Shown here: piece after piece, positions 1-10,363 of the stretch
Layout: each line of letters begins with the position of its first letter
Position numbering within the stretch: position 1 is the first letter of the stretch
NCBI GenBank assembly: GCA_003211115.1
Contig: QCTP01000002.1
Coordinates: 398 to 64,397 of the forward strand
Direction: 5' to 3'
Source of the DNA: Prochlorococcus sp. AG-673-M19
Lineage (GTDB): Bacteria > Cyanobacteriota > Cyanobacteriia > PCC-6307 > Cyanobiaceae
DNA length: 64,000 bases
Notes under the pieces: generated by a model
Database searches by the model: none
Seen by the model: only the letters and a program-made list of their open reading frames with translations
Told to the model about the DNA's origin: nothing
Made by a program: the position numbers and the translations under genes

Positions 1-207
1 ACTCCCAGATTGCCTTGCTTTCAAACTACCCATTAACAATTGATCAAAAGATGCTTCGATTCTTGCCTTAAGTAGCAAATCTTCACCAGCCTCCTTCACT
101 TTAATATCTCTCGCTTTCTGGATATCTTCAAAATCAGCACTTTCACTAACACCCAATATTTCATAAGGTGTTTTATCAGGATTGTTTTTGCTTTTATTAG
201 AATCCAA
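1..207 (-). CDS. CPP1-like / DUF3353 J-like domain protein (N-terminal part, runs off the window)
   Basis: Manual translation from TTG at 207: LDSNKSKNNPDKTPYEILGVSESADFEDIQKARD...IEASFDQLLM; PYEILGV J-like motif. Confidence 0.8.
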   Translation of the reverse strand, partial: MDSNKSKNNPDKTPYEILGVSESADFEDIQKARDIKVKEAGEDLLLKARIEASFDQLLMGSLKARQSGS

Positions 208-259
208 TTTGTTTTTAATAATATTTATAGACTAACCAATTCTATTATCCATTAGGAGT

Positions 260-1897
260 TTATAAAACAATTGGTTCCACTCCACTTACAACAGGAGCTA
301 CCTTTTTTAAGGTTAAAGTATCATTATCTTCAATAAATTGATTAAGATTCCACTGATTCTTGAAAAGAATCACAGGCCTATTCCAACAATCCTTAACTAC
401 TCTACAGTTAAATACTCTTCCTAATTCATTAATAGCTTGCCATCCATCTGAAACCCATCTTGCCATTTGATATGGCATGGATTCAAGATTGGCATCTACT
501 CCATATTCATTTTTTAATCTATGGATAACGACTTCCATCTGTAATTGTCCAACAGCTGCAAGAATAGGATCTCTTTTGCTTTCATCAAAGTCATAGAGTA
601 TTTGAACAGCACCTTCTTCACGAAGTTCGTTTACTCCTTTCCTAAAGTTTTTAAAAGCTGAAGGATTTGGATTTCTTAGCCAACTAAATATTTCAGGGCT
701 AAAAGAGGGGATACCTTCATATTCAAGATGTGTTCCTGTATATAAGGTATCTCCGATAGAAAACATCCCAGGATTATTCAGTCCAATAACATCCCCAGGA
801 TAGGCATCATCAACAACTTCTCTATCTTGACCAAATATTTTCTGAGGTCGTGATAATCTGATCGTTTTTCCTGTTCTAGAATGTTTAACTGACATATCCT
901 TTTCAAATTTCCCACTACAAACTCTAATAAAAGCAACTCTATCTCTATGTTTTGGATCCATATTTGCCTGTAACTTGAAAACGAAACCGCTAAATTCCTC
1001 GCTTGCAGGCTCAATATCTCCCTTATTACTATTTCTTGAAGTAGGTTTTTGAGCCATATTTAAAAAACTATCTAAAAAGGGTCTAACCCCAAAATTAGTC
1101 ATCGCAGAACCAAAAAAAACAGGAGTAAGAGAACCATTAAAAATTTCTTCTTTTTCCAATTTTGAACCTGCTTCGTCGAGCACTTCCAACTCTTCAAGTG
1201 AGATATCAAGCAATTCTTTCTCAACATATTTTGAAAGTTCTTTATCATCTAAACTCATTCTTTTCTCACTTGACTGTTTCCCCCTTACTGCCTTATCAAA
1301 TAGGATAACTTCTCTCGTAAACCTATCAACAACCCCTCTAAATTCCTCTCCGATCCCTATAGGCCAATTGACTGGCAAAGTATTTAAACCGAGTTCTGAT
1401 TCAATTTCATCAAGTAAAGAAAAGGGTTCTCTGCCTGGTCTATCCATTTTGTTGATAAAAGTAAATATAGGTATTTTTCTCATTCTGCATACTTCAAATA
1501 ATTTTCTGGTTTGAGGTTCTAATCCTTTAGCAGCGTCTTCAAGCATAACTGCATTGTCAGCAGCGGCTAAAGTTCTATACGTATCTTCAGAAAAATCTTT
1601 ATGGCCAGGAGTATCTAAAAGATTTATTATTGATTTTTCATATTCAAATTGCAAAACAGTTGAAGTTATTGAAATCCCTCTTTGTTTCTCAAGTTCCATC
1701 CAGTCGGAAGTAGCTTTCCTTTGATTACCTCTTGCTTTTACTGCCCCTGCCTGCTGTATAGCTCCTCCATACAAGAGAAGTTTCTCAGTAAGAGTTGTTT
1801 TACCAGCATCAGGATGTGAAATTATCGCAAAATTTCTTCTTTTGTTTACCGCCTCTAAAATATTTTTATTACCTAAATTTTTAGTGCTTGGACCCAT
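260..1897 (-). CDS. prfC: Peptide chain release factor 3
   Basis: [38 protein letters not shown] GTPase motifs. Confidence 0.98.
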   Translation of the reverse strand: MGPSTKNLGNKNILEAVNKRRNFAIISHPDAGKTTLTEKLLLYGGAIQQAGAVKARGNQRKATSDWMELEKQRGISITSTVLQFEYEKSIINLLDTPGHKDFSEDTYRTLAAADNAVMLEDAAKGLEPQTRKLFEVCRMRKIPIFTFINKMDRPGREPFSLLDEIESELGLNTLPVNWPIGIGEEFRGVVDRFTREVILFDKAVRGKQSSEKRMSLDDKELSKYVEKELLDISLEELEVLDEAGSKLEKEEIFNGSLTPVFFGSAMTNFGVRPFLDSFLNMAQKPTSRNSNKGDIEPASEEFSGFVFKLQANMDPKHRDRVAFIRVCSGKFEKDMSVKHSRTGKTIRLSRPQKIFGQDREVVDDAYPGDVIGLNNPGMFSIGDTLYTGTHLEYEGIPSFSPEIFSWLRNPNPSAFKNFRKGVNELREEGAVQILYDFDESKRDPILAAVGQLQMEVVIHRLKNEYGVDANLESMPYQMARWVSDGWQAINELGRVFNCRVVKDCWNRPVILFKNQWNLNQFIEDNDTLTLKKVAPVVSGVEPIVL

Positions 1898-1926
1898 TAA
1901 ACTTTATTTTAACAATTTCACTAACT

Positions 1927-2622
1927 TTAAACCTTACCATAAATGACTAAATAATGATCACCTTCTTCAAACACTTCTAAAGAAAATAATTTATTTTTAA
2001 AAATATAGTTTTTTAATTCTTTTGAAGTGTAAGAAGCCTTTAATGATGCATAATAATCATTAGTCAAAATATCATTATATTTCTCTGAACATTTTTCTTT
2101 TAGCTCTAAGGCTGATTTTTCATCATTCGGTCTTTTTAAATCCTTATGAAAATTTATAGTCAGCTTACTTGATAATCTCATTATGCAATTAAAAAAATCT
2201 TCAAGATAATTAATATGGTGAATTAAACTGTTGCTTACTAATAAACTTATATTTTTTTCTAGAGAAATATCACTTGATTTAAGGTGTTTTATATCTGCGC
2301 AAATGTAATGTAAATTTTTTAATCGGCTAAAGTTTGAAGATTTTTTTTTATTGAATTCTGCTATTTTAATCATCTCTTTAGACCCATCAATCCCAATCAC
2401 AGTTGCATTTGGCCATTTTATAGATAGTTTTTCAGATATATTTCCTGGTCCACATCCCAAATCAACAATCAATTCTTGTTTATTAAAATTAAGATTATTT
2501 TTGATCAAATAATAATTTATTTGATTAATAAGATTATTCTCCCCCTCTGAAAAATCAGCTTTAGCATAAGAAATAACCTGGTCATGTCTTTCCATTAATT
2601 CAGGTTCAACAGTTCTTTCCAT
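1927..2622 (-). CDS. Class I SAM-dependent methyltransferase
   Basis: VDLGCGPG motif I, GIDGS, SNSLIHH. Confidence 0.9.
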   Translation of the reverse strand: MERTVEPELMERHDQVISYAKADFSEGENNLINQINYYLIKNNLNFNKQELIVDLGCGPGNISEKLSIKWPNATVIGIDGSKEMIKIAEFNKKKSSNFSRLKNLHYICADIKHLKSSDISLEKNISLLVSNSLIHHINYLEDFFNCIMRLSSKLTINFHKDLKRPNDEKSALELKEKCSEKYNDILTNDYYASLKASYTSKELKNYIFKNKLFSLEVFEEGDHYLVIYGKV

Positions 2623-2667
2623 AAAATTCCATCAACAAAGATTTCATAATAAAGATATTTTTACACA

Positions 2668-2714
2668 AACCGTTAAATAGTGGTAAGAATAGTTGCAGAC
2701 GCCACAGGTAGAGT
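2668..2714. promoter_or_regulatory. Tandem NrdR boxes upstream of nrdJ
   Basis: AACCGTTAAATAGTGG (2668-2683) and ACGCCACAGGTAGAGT (2699-2714) resemble acaCwAtATaTwGtg; starts are 31 bp apart, the typical NrdR spacing. Confidence 0.6.
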
Positions 2715-2756
2715 TATTCTTCCTTTACGGGTAAATTTACATACTTTTTTTTTATC

Positions 2757-5090
2757 GTGACAATTGCACCAAATAAAGCTTCCTCAGAGAACAACTCTAA
2801 TAATCTTAAAAAAGATGACTTTCCAAAGACAGCTCCAGCTGCTTATCCTGTTTTCTTTAGGTCATATAGCAGAAAGACAGCTTCTGGTAAAAGAGAGAAT
2901 TGGAGTGAAGTTGGTGAAAGAAATTTATCTGGGTTAAAAGAGTTAGGGAAACTCTCTGATCAAGAATTGATGCTAATGAGAGAAATGCAGAGCAATCAAA
3001 AGGCTCAACCTTCAGGAAGATGGTTATGGATTGGAGGTACTCCATGGATTAATAAAAATCAGAATTTTTCAGGAGCATATAATTGCACTTCGACAAATTT
3101 AATTGATTGGGAAGCATTTGCTTTAATGATGGATTTAGCAATGATGGGTTGTGGTACAGGAGCAATAATAGAACCTCATTTTATAAATAATCTTCCAACC
3201 GTAAAAAATAAAATAACCATAAAATCAGTTAGCGAAGTAGGAATAACACCTAAAGACAAAAGAGAGGAAAAATCTTCTTTAGAAATTAAGGGCAAAGATA
3301 TTTTTATAAAAGTTGGCGATAGCAGAAGAGGATGGGTAGATAGTTATAAATATCTTCTTGAAGCATCAAGTAATGAAAGTCTTGATAATGAAATTGATGT
3401 ACATATTAATTTAGAAGATATTAGGCCAGCAGGAGAATCATTAAAAGGGTTTGGAGGAATGGCAAATCCTATTAAATTAAAAGATCTTTACTCTCGAGTT
3501 GCTTCTCTTTTAAGTAAAGCTATTGGCAGGAAGCTAAATACAGTGGAATGTTGCTTACTTATTGATGAGGCAGCTGTAACTATAGTTGCAGGAAACATAA
3601 GAAGAAGCGCTGGTATGAGACAGTTTGCATCTGATGATAAAGAAGCGGCATCCGCTAAAGAAAATCTTTGGAGTCAAGACGAAAATGGTAATTGGAGAAT
3701 TGATCCAGAAAAAGATGCTCTTAGAATGGCTAATCATACAAGGGTTTATCATACAAAGCCCTCTTATCAAACAATTTTGGATGCTGTAACGAAGCAATTC
3801 CATTCAGGTGAAGGTGCAATCCAATTTGCCCCTGAAGCAATAGCTAGATCAAATGCAGATATCTTGCATGGAGAAGATCTCAAAAACGAATTTATAGAAA
3901 TATATTCAGAACAGGGTAAAGAAGAAGCTAAAAATTGGATTAATCTTAATTATGGTCCTTTTTCTGAAGAAGAATTACATCATAGAATGAGTAGATATGG
4001 ACTTAATCCTTGCGGAGAAATCTTGGGCAATGATTTTCATTGCAATTTGGCCGAAGTTCATCTAAATCAGATTGACCCAGAAAATATTGATGAACAAAAA
4101 AAGGCTTTTAAAGCTGCTGCTCTTTCAGTGGCATGTTTGCTAAATCATGAATTTGAAGTTGAGAGATATAGAAAAAGTAGGGAGTATGATCCTATTGTGG
4201 GAGTAAGTTTTACAGGATTATTTGATTTCTGTGTTCATGCCTTTGGAACCCCATGGTTAAAGTGGTGGGAAGCTGGGAGACCTGATAATGAAGAAGGTAA
4301 GGAATTTAAAAAGAAAGAAGCTAAATTCCTAGACTCTTGGAGAAAAACTGTAAAAGAAACTGTATGGGAATACTGCGATAAACATAGTCTCAGAAGGCCT
4401 AATAGATGTACAACAGTTCAACCTGCTGGAACTAAAAGTCTTTTAACAGGAGCAGCTCCTGGATGGCATCCACCCAAAGCACAAAGATTTTTAAGAAGAA
4501 TAACTTTCAGAAAGAATGACCCTATCGCATTAGCTTGTATGGATTATGGCTATTCTGTGGTTCCCTCTCAATCTGATAAAGATGAGAAAGGATGTTTGCT
4601 TGATAATCCATTTGATCCAAGATGTACTGAATGGCTAGTTGAAATTCCCACAGAGGTAAGTTGGGCAAATATAGAAGGAGCAGATCAAATAGACATAAAT
4701 AATTTTTCTGCCCTTGCACAATTCGATTTTTACATGCAGGTTCAAAAGTTTTATACAGAACATAATACTTCTGCAACAGTTGAATTCAGAGAGAGTGAAA
4801 TTGAAGATTTAGCAAAAGCTATTTATAGTGCGATAGAAAATAACGAAGGTTATATATCTGCCGCATTATTAGCTCGATTCAGTGCAAATGCGACATTCCC
4901 AAGATTACCTTTTGAACCTATAAGTAAAGAGGAATATTTATCATTACAGGCAAAAGTTAATGAAAGAAAAGTAAATGATGATTTCTTTGATGCACTAAAT
5001 AAATATGATGTTGGAGAGCTCTCTGAAGCAGGTCCAGCGGGTTGTGATTCAGATAAATGTCTGCTTCCGCTAGCTAAGCCAGAAAATTAA
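2757..5090 (+). CDS. nrdJ: Class II (AdoCbl-dependent) ribonucleoside-triphosphate reductase
   Basis: AYNC, NPCGE, TTVQPAGT and C-terminal CDSDKC redox pair. Confidence 0.97.
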   Translation: MTIAPNKASSENNSNNLKKDDFPKTAPAAYPVFFRSYSRKTASGKRENWSEVGERNLSGLKELGKLSDQELMLMREMQSNQKAQPSGRWLWIGGTPWINKNQNFSGAYNCTSTNLIDWEAFALMMDLAMMGCGTGAIIEPHFINNLPTVKNKITIKSVSEVGITPKDKREEKSSLEIKGKDIFIKVGDSRRGWVDSYKYLLEASSNESLDNEIDVHINLEDIRPAGESLKGFGGMANPIKLKDLYSRVASLLSKAIGRKLNTVECCLLIDEAAVTIVAGNIRRSAGMRQFASDDKEAASAKENLWSQDENGNWRIDPEKDALRMANHTRVYHTKPSYQTILDAVTKQFHSGEGAIQFAPEAIARSNADILHGEDLKNEFIEIYSEQGKEEAKNWINLNYGPFSEEELHHRMSRYGLNPCGEILGNDFHCNLAEVHLNQIDPENIDEQKKAFKAAALSVACLLNHEFEVERYRKSREYDPIVGVSFTGLFDFCVHAFGTPWLKWWEAGRPDNEEGKEFKKKEAKFLDSWRKTVKETVWEYCDKHSLRRPNRCTTVQPAGTKSLLTGAAPGWHPPKAQRFLRRITFRKNDPIALACMDYGYSVVPSQSDKDEKGCLLDNPFDPRCTEWLVEIPTEVSWANIEGADQIDINNFSALAQFDFYMQVQKFYTEHNTSATVEFRESEIEDLAKAIYSAIENNEGYISAALLARFSANATFPRLPFEPISKEEYLSLQAKVNERKVNDDFFDALNKYDVGELSEAGPAGCDSDKCLLPLAKPEN

Positions 5091-5170
5091 ATATTAATTT
5101 ATTTATAAAAATAGGAAATTAATGTTTTAAAAAAATCAATCTATAGCTACATCTTAAGTAGGTATATAAA

Positions 5171-5434
5171 TTGATTATGACATTAAGCCTAAATATTGGT
5201 AATTTTTTTAATGATTCATCAAGTCATGCTTTAGTAGACGAACTAAGAAAAAAAACAACTGAAAAGGAGATATTAGAATTCGAAGAAAAATTCAACGCTA
5301 AAAACGAAAAAAACCTACATATTTACATATGTAGATTTCTGAAAAACAGATCTATATCAAGAGCTTTGGCTTCTAAGTGGCTTATTACAATGATTAATAA
5401 CAAAGAATCAGAAATTAGTACCCTGAAAAATTAG
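5171..5434 (+). CDS. Hypothetical protein
   Basis: 87 aa ORF downstream of nrdJ with protein-like composition. Confidence 0.7.
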   Translation: MIMTLSLNIGNFFNDSSSHALVDELRKKTTEKEILEFEEKFNAKNEKNLHIYICRFLKNRSISRALASKWLITMINNKESEISTLKN

Positions 5435-5438
5435 ATAA

Positions 5439-5633
5439 TTAAGTTAAGGCAGAAAGTCTCCAAAGTGCTATCCCAAAAATTGAAACACCCATTATTAATG
5501 TAAAAGCTAAAGCATTTACTACCTGAACCTTTTCAGTCATTACATTCGCAAATGGAAGTAGTTGTGCAAACAAAGGTTTTTCTTCAACAACGGCAGCTCT
5601 TTTATTAGGAGATTTTTTGTTTTTTGAGAACAT
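5439..5633 (-). CDS. Small membrane protein
   Basis: 64 aa with a C-terminal TM helix. Confidence 0.6.
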   Translation of the reverse strand: MFSKNKKSPNKRAAVVEEKPLFAQLLPFANVMTEKVQVVNALAFTLIMGVSIFGIALWRLSALT

Positions 5634-5809
5634 AAAACAACGTTATAATCTTTTGAATTTTACATTTAAAAAGTAGGTTTATTGAAAATAAAACGATTAA
5701 TTGAACAAAATGTAACCTGCATAAATCTTATTGTTATTTTAAAGATAGATTTTTATGTACAAAAAACTTAAAAATAAATAAAGGCCTTCACAAAAAATTC
5801 CAATTATGT

Positions 5810-5835
5810 TAGTATAGTTTTGTAGCGGTTGCTAC
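5810..5835 (+). promoter_or_regulatory. -10 box (TAGTAT) followed by an NtcA site over the likely TSS
   Basis: TAGTAT at 5810-5815; GTA-gcggttgc-TAC (GTA-N8-TAC) at 5822-5835. Confidence 0.7.
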
Positions 5836-5840
5836 CAAAA

Positions 5841-5916
5841 CGTTCAACTTGCAATACGCAAGCCGCAAGTCGACCTTAGCCATGGAACGGGGACTAAGGC
5901 GAAACCGGAGCAAGAC
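5841..5916 (+). ncRNA. Glutamine riboswitch, Downstream-peptide (type II) motif; Yfr6-like
   Basis: CGTTCA...GGAACGGG core with paired CTTGC/GCAAG and CCTTAG/CTAAGG stems, directly upstream of a YRG-repeat peptide. Confidence 0.85.
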
Positions 5917-6018
5917 ATGACTCTAATTTACAGAGGACAAAAGTACGTCCAAAACAAATTAGCCGCAAAGAAAAAGCACAATGAACTAACTTATAGAGGA
6001 AAAGCTTACACAAGCTAG
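5917..6018 (+). CDS. DUF4278 small peptide (33 aa)
   Basis: MTLIYRGQKYVQNKLAAKKKHNELTYRGKAYTS has two LxYRGxxY motifs; GGAG SD; too short for the ORF track. Confidence 0.9.
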   Translation: MTLIYRGQKYVQNKLAAKKKHNELTYRGKAYTS

Positions 6019-6035
6019 GTTCATTCGCCAAACTT

Positions 6036-6063
6036 AAAAAAGCCACTTAAAGTGGCTTTTTTT
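6036..6063. terminator. Intrinsic terminator
   Basis: AAAAA-AGCCACT-TAA-AGTGGCT-TTTTTT. Confidence 0.9.
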
Positions 6064-6250
6064 ATTGATTATCTAACTATAGTTTAATTATTAATGATTA
6101 TAAAAGGGGTGGTAAGTTTCATATACATTCCTTGTAAATAACCGTCTCCTAATACAAGTCGATATATTTAGTTGCTTGGACAAATACTTAATACTTATAT
6201 AAAAAAAATGATATAGGATGATTTAAAATTTTAATATTAAGAAGTAAATT

Positions 6251-6400
6251 ATGACTGATCAAAAACCATTATTTAAATCACCTTATGACATAAGAGATGT
6301 GAGTGCTCTTTTCGCAATAGTTGCCTTTGTTTTAATAATTGCTGCCATAGTTGGTAATAATTTATTTGGGATATTTCAGCAAAGTGTAAATTTTGGCTAA
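6251..6400 (+). CDS. Small membrane protein (49 aa)
   Basis: MTDQKPLFKSPYDIRDVSALFAIVAFVLIIAAIVGNNLFGIFQQSVNFG, one TM helix. Confidence 0.65.
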   Translation: MTDQKPLFKSPYDIRDVSALFAIVAFVLIIAAIVGNNLFGIFQQSVNFG

Positions 6401-6566
6401 TTGCTTTTTAATTCAAAAAACATATCTACACATAGTCTTGAAAGCTAGTATTTATTTACTTATATCAGTCATTTGGAAGAGAACTTGTCGCGCAGGACAA
6501 AATAAGTTCCAAAAAATTAAACCATCTTTTGATATGGTTAAAATGCAAGATTGAATATTTTAGCCT

Positions 6567-6635
6567 GGACTGTTGGTCGCGTGGTTTAGGGCTCTAATAT
6601 TGAATTCTAAAGTTGGCCTCAGTATTTGAATTCTT
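6567..6635 (+). pseudogene. Possible decayed tRNA-Ser(TGA), mainly the 5' half
   Basis: GGActgtTGGTCGcGTGGTTTAgGGCTCTAatatTGAAttCTA resembles the tRNA-Ser D-arm and TGA anticodon arm; stems are broken. Confidence 0.4.
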
Positions 6636-6888
6636 TTAAAGATAATATAAAAATTTAGACTATATTATCTTGACTATTTATTACAATTTTTGGCTCTAGT
6701 TTACAAAACTACTATTTTTACTAATTGCTAATGATTATCTTATGTATTTTTACTTTAAAATACATACAGTCTAATAAATTAAAAGGCTTGACGTTTTTTC
6801 ACTATTATCCATATTCAAGGCAAAAACAAGTCTCAGAGATTTGGCACAAAAATGTGGATTATCGAAAATATAATTTATAAAAATTTTT

Positions 6889-8064
6889 ATGAGTATAAAA
6901 AATATAATTAAACCAGTGCACGGATCGAGCGATACTTCATATTCCATAAGTTTTGTTATTCCTTGTCTAAATGAAGAATCAAATATTGCGGAAACAATAA
7001 TTTCTTGCCATAAATCGGCCCATAAATTTTTTATAAAAGATTATGAAATTTTAGTAATTGATAACGGATCTACAGATAATTCTCAAAAAATTGCAAAACA
7101 AAATAATGCAAAAGTAATAGAAGAAAAAGTAAAGGGTTATGGTTCAGCGATAAGGAAGGGGATATTAAGTGCCAAAAAAGAATTTATACTATTACTTGAC
7201 GGAGACGCAACTTATGATCCTCATTGTTTAGGAAAGATGCTTAATTTATATGAACAAAAGAATCTAGATTTTATTATGGGGAACAGATTTGATGATGGAA
7301 TTGAAAAAGGGGCTATGTCATTTCTGCATAAGTTCCTTGGTAATCCTATTTTATCATCAATAGGAAAATATCTTTTTGACGTAAATGTCAAGGACTTCCA
7401 TTGTGGGATTAGGCTCTTAAAAACAGATGTATTTCAAAATATCCCCCTTAATAGTAATGGTATGGAATTTGCAAGCGAGATGATTGCTCTAGCCAGTATT
7501 TATAAACTAAAAATAGGAGAAGTAAGTACAACTTTAAAAAAACCTTTAAACAAAAGGATGTCCCATTTAAATACATGGAAAGACGGTTGGAGACATTTGG
7601 CGCTAATGATAAGTATGTCACCAAGAAAAAGTTACTTAAATTTATCTTTGCTTTCAGGAAGCATATCTATCTTTTTATTTTTTAGGTTTATTTTTTTTGA
7701 TTCTATCTATTTTACTGGGATTAATACTCTTATAGCTAGTCTTGCTTGTATGTTTTGTTCTATATCTTTACTAAGAGAATATATTGAATTAAAAATTATC
7801 TTAAAAAATAGAGTGTCAAAAAATACTTCAAATAACAAAGAAAATATTGAAAGGATTTATAAAAAATTACTAAAAATATCAATACTAACTTTTTTAATTA
7901 TCCCTGTGATAATTTGCTTTTTATTATTCTTAATTACATTAAAAGGATACTCATTACAAGAAAAAAATATTTATTTGCTTTCCTCAATATTCGTTTCTCT
8001 TGGTTTTCTATCACTTCAAATTTTTGCACTGTCAATTAGATTAAACATATTAAAGTTAAAATAA
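6889..8064 (+). CDS. GT2 glycosyltransferase, DPM1/polyprenol-phosphate sugar synthase type, with C-terminal TM helices
   Basis: VIPCLNEE, DNGSTD, GYG, DGDATYD, GNRF, DFHCG, MEFASEM, DGWRHL. Confidence 0.92.
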   Translation: MSIKNIIKPVHGSSDTSYSISFVIPCLNEESNIAETIISCHKSAHKFFIKDYEILVIDNGSTDNSQKIAKQNNAKVIEEKVKGYGSAIRKGILSAKKEFILLLDGDATYDPHCLGKMLNLYEQKNLDFIMGNRFDDGIEKGAMSFLHKFLGNPILSSIGKYLFDVNVKDFHCGIRLLKTDVFQNIPLNSNGMEFASEMIALASIYKLKIGEVSTTLKKPLNKRMSHLNTWKDGWRHLALMISMSPRKSYLNLSLLSGSISIFLFFRFIFFDSIYFTGINTLIASLACMFCSISLLREYIELKIILKNRVSKNTSNNKENIERIYKKLLKISILTFLIIPVIICFLLFLITLKGYSLQEKNIYLLSSIFVSLGFLSLQIFALSIRLNILKLK

Positions 8065-8068
8065 TATT

Positions 8069-9331
8069 GTGTATAAAATTTCAAAAATTGACTACGTAAA
8101 ATTTCTTTTTTTACCAGTTTCAATTTTTGTTTTAATATCTATATTTTTTTATTGTTTAAAAAACGGAAATTTATATCTTTCTAATGCTGACTTTTCTTTC
8201 TACCATGCATTTGCACATAATTTTCTAGGAGATAAAACTTCAATTTTATCTAATGAAATTTATGCAGAATCAATAGCTAAATGTGAATTAATAAAAGATG
8301 CGAATGCAGGTTCTTGCGACATTTCAAGAGTTTTAAGTAACAAAATATGGATTCCAAATACCTTTTACTCAGTAATATTCTTATCCCCAATAACAATAAT
8401 TGGTTCTAAATTTCTATTTTTCCTTTTGGGATTATTTATGGGTATTACAATAATTATCTCTAGTTTTAAAGCAATTAATAAACTCCAATTAAGATATATA
8501 GATCCTAGATCAACAGCAATAATTTTATCGATTGCAACTCTATATCCTCCATTTATAAATGATACTATTACAGTCTCGACAATGGGAACGTGTATATTCT
8601 TAACTTCTTTGGGAATAGTCTCTGATAAAAAATATATACGCGCTATTTGCTTAATTTTAGCGTCATTTATTAGGCCAACATTCATTTTTGGTCTTATAGC
8701 TGTTTATATCTCAATATTTTTAATAAAACCAAAAGGATACAAAGATCTTGCCTTACAATTATTACCTAGTTTAATTTCCTACTTCATATACTACAAATTT
8801 ATTTATAGTAGTTATCCTGGAAGCAAGTTTAATTATTTACTTTTAGCACAAGATCATCATATCAGCTTTATAGCTGCAGCTCTTGATAAATATCTCTTAT
8901 CAAATTACGATATTGATCAAATTTATACCTATAAAGGCAATATTTTCAATATTTTGAAGATTATATTTTCAGATTTTCAGATTTTTAGTTATTTTATAAA
9001 TCTCTGGATAGCGAAGATTAATCTAAATCTTGGTGCATTATATGAATCAAGCGTATTAAGCATTTCAGGAGCTTGGGTAACAAAACCAATTTGGCATGTG
9101 TATCATTTTTTTATATATTTACCTGCTTTTTTCACTTCATTCTTAGTCATCATTTCCAGAGTTTTCAATAGGACTGAAAGATCTTTATATTTATCAGGAA
9201 TGCTTTATATAATTTTTCATTCATTACTTCTTGGAAGTCCAAGATATAGTGTTGGAATTCATATTATATTTGTATTATGTTTAGTAAGATTTATAAAAGT
9301 AAATCTAAAATTTTCAGATAAAATTTCATAA
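8069..9331 (+). CDS. Polytopic membrane protein, probable GT-C-fold glycosyltransferase
   Basis: Many TM helices, Asp after TM1 (ADFSFY), IRP motif, C-terminal PRY motif; starts 4 bp after the GT2. Confidence 0.6.
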   Translation: MYKISKIDYVKFLFLPVSIFVLISIFFYCLKNGNLYLSNADFSFYHAFAHNFLGDKTSILSNEIYAESIAKCELIKDANAGSCDISRVLSNKIWIPNTFYSVIFLSPITIIGSKFLFFLLGLFMGITIIISSFKAINKLQLRYIDPRSTAIILSIATLYPPFINDTITVSTMGTCIFLTSLGIVSDKKYIRAICLILASFIRPTFIFGLIAVYISIFLIKPKGYKDLALQLLPSLISYFIYYKFIYSSYPGSKFNYLLLAQDHHISFIAAALDKYLLSNYDIDQIYTYKGNIFNILKIIFSDFQIFSYFINLWIAKINLNLGALYESSVLSISGAWVTKPIWHVYHFFIYLPAFFTSFLVIISRVFNRTERSLYLSGMLYIIFHSLLLGSPRYSVGIHIIFVLCLVRFIKVNLKFSDKIS

Positions 9332-9370
9332 AAATTTTTATTTTGAATACTATTTTGAAATCACCCTATA

Positions 9371-10363
9371 TCAAATTTTTCTTGCAACTATCATTATTGA
9401 TGAAGTCTTAAAACCTAATCTTGCTCTAACAATATCAAACAAAGTAAAAATAATTAAAAATAATTTACTTTTCATAGGATCCATAAATTTAGCTATAGAT
9501 GGCAAATTCCATTCATACTTAAATAAGTGATGAAAAGAATAAAGCCAAAAAGAGTGTCCAGGAAGATAGTTAACATTAGTAATTTCAAAACCCGAATCCA
9601 ATATTAATTTAGTTAATGTTTTTTTTGAAAATAAATGCCAATGCCTAGGAAAATGATATCCACCCCAATAGGTTCTTTGAAATAATCTATTATCCAAGGA
9701 ATCAACATTAGGTGTTTCAATTACAATAATTCCCTTTTTTTCTAACAAATAACTCATTTGAAGAATAAAATCTTTAGGGTTATCAAGATGTTCAATTACA
9801 TGAAACATAGTAATAAGTGAAATTGAATTTTTCCTAATACATTTCTCAGGATTTTCCTTTTCATCAAAAACTGAAAACCCCTCTTGCTTTAATATTTTTA
9901 AATTACTTAAATTAATTTCAGTACCAAAGATCTCTTTTTTTGGGATTTTACAAATTTTATTGACAAGTTTAAGATATCTTCCATCACCACAACCGATATC
10001 TAAATAAGTAGAGATATGATTTTTAGAGAATCTAATAATACTCTTTAACTTTAAAAAGTCTAAAAAATCCTTACCTCTAAGAATTAAATAATTTAATTTT
10101 TTACTTATTTCATATGAATAATAATTAATGGGATAGATTATTTTTAAGTTTTCTTTAATAGGTCTTGGATTTAATTGAATATGACCGCAATTATCACATT
10201 TTAAAAATTTCCATTTATTTGAGCAAGTTTGCAATTCATAATCATAACCTGATGAATATTTCTTGAATTCTTTTGCCCCACACAAAATGCATTTTTTAAG
10301 GTATTTACTTTGACATAAGTAATCCTTAAATGAATAATCCAAAATTCTAGATTGATTTGACAT
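9371..10363 (-). CDS. Class I SAM methyltransferase with N-terminal Zn-ribbon
   Basis: CILC...CDNCG, LDIGCGDG, MFHVIEHL, ETPN, PRHW; likely start is MSNQ at 10363. Confidence 0.9.
   Translation of the reverse strand: MSNQSRILDYSFKDYLCQSKYLKKCILCGAKEFKKYSSGYDYELQTCSNKWKFLKCDNCGHIQLNPRPIKENLKIIYPINYYSYEISKKLNYLILRGKDFLDFLKLKSIIRFSKNHISTYLDIGCGDGRYLKLVNKICKIPKKEIFGTEINLSNLKILKQEGFSVFDEKENPEKCIRKNSISLITMFHVIEHLDNPKDFILQMSYLLEKKGIIVIETPNVDSLDNRLFQRTYWGGYHFPRHWHLFSKKTLTKLILDSGFEITNVNYLPGHSFWLYSFHHLFKYEWNLPSIAKFMDPMKSKLFLIIFTLFDIVRARLGFKTSSIMIVARKI

Noticed and set aside
2623-5090. Cobalamin riboswitch or intein at nrdJ
   Set aside because: The leader is short with no B12 box; protein length and motifs leave no room for an intein
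6476-6510. Small hairpin GAACTTGTC...GACAAAATAAGTTC
   Set aside because: Weak bulged stem with no recognisable RNA family
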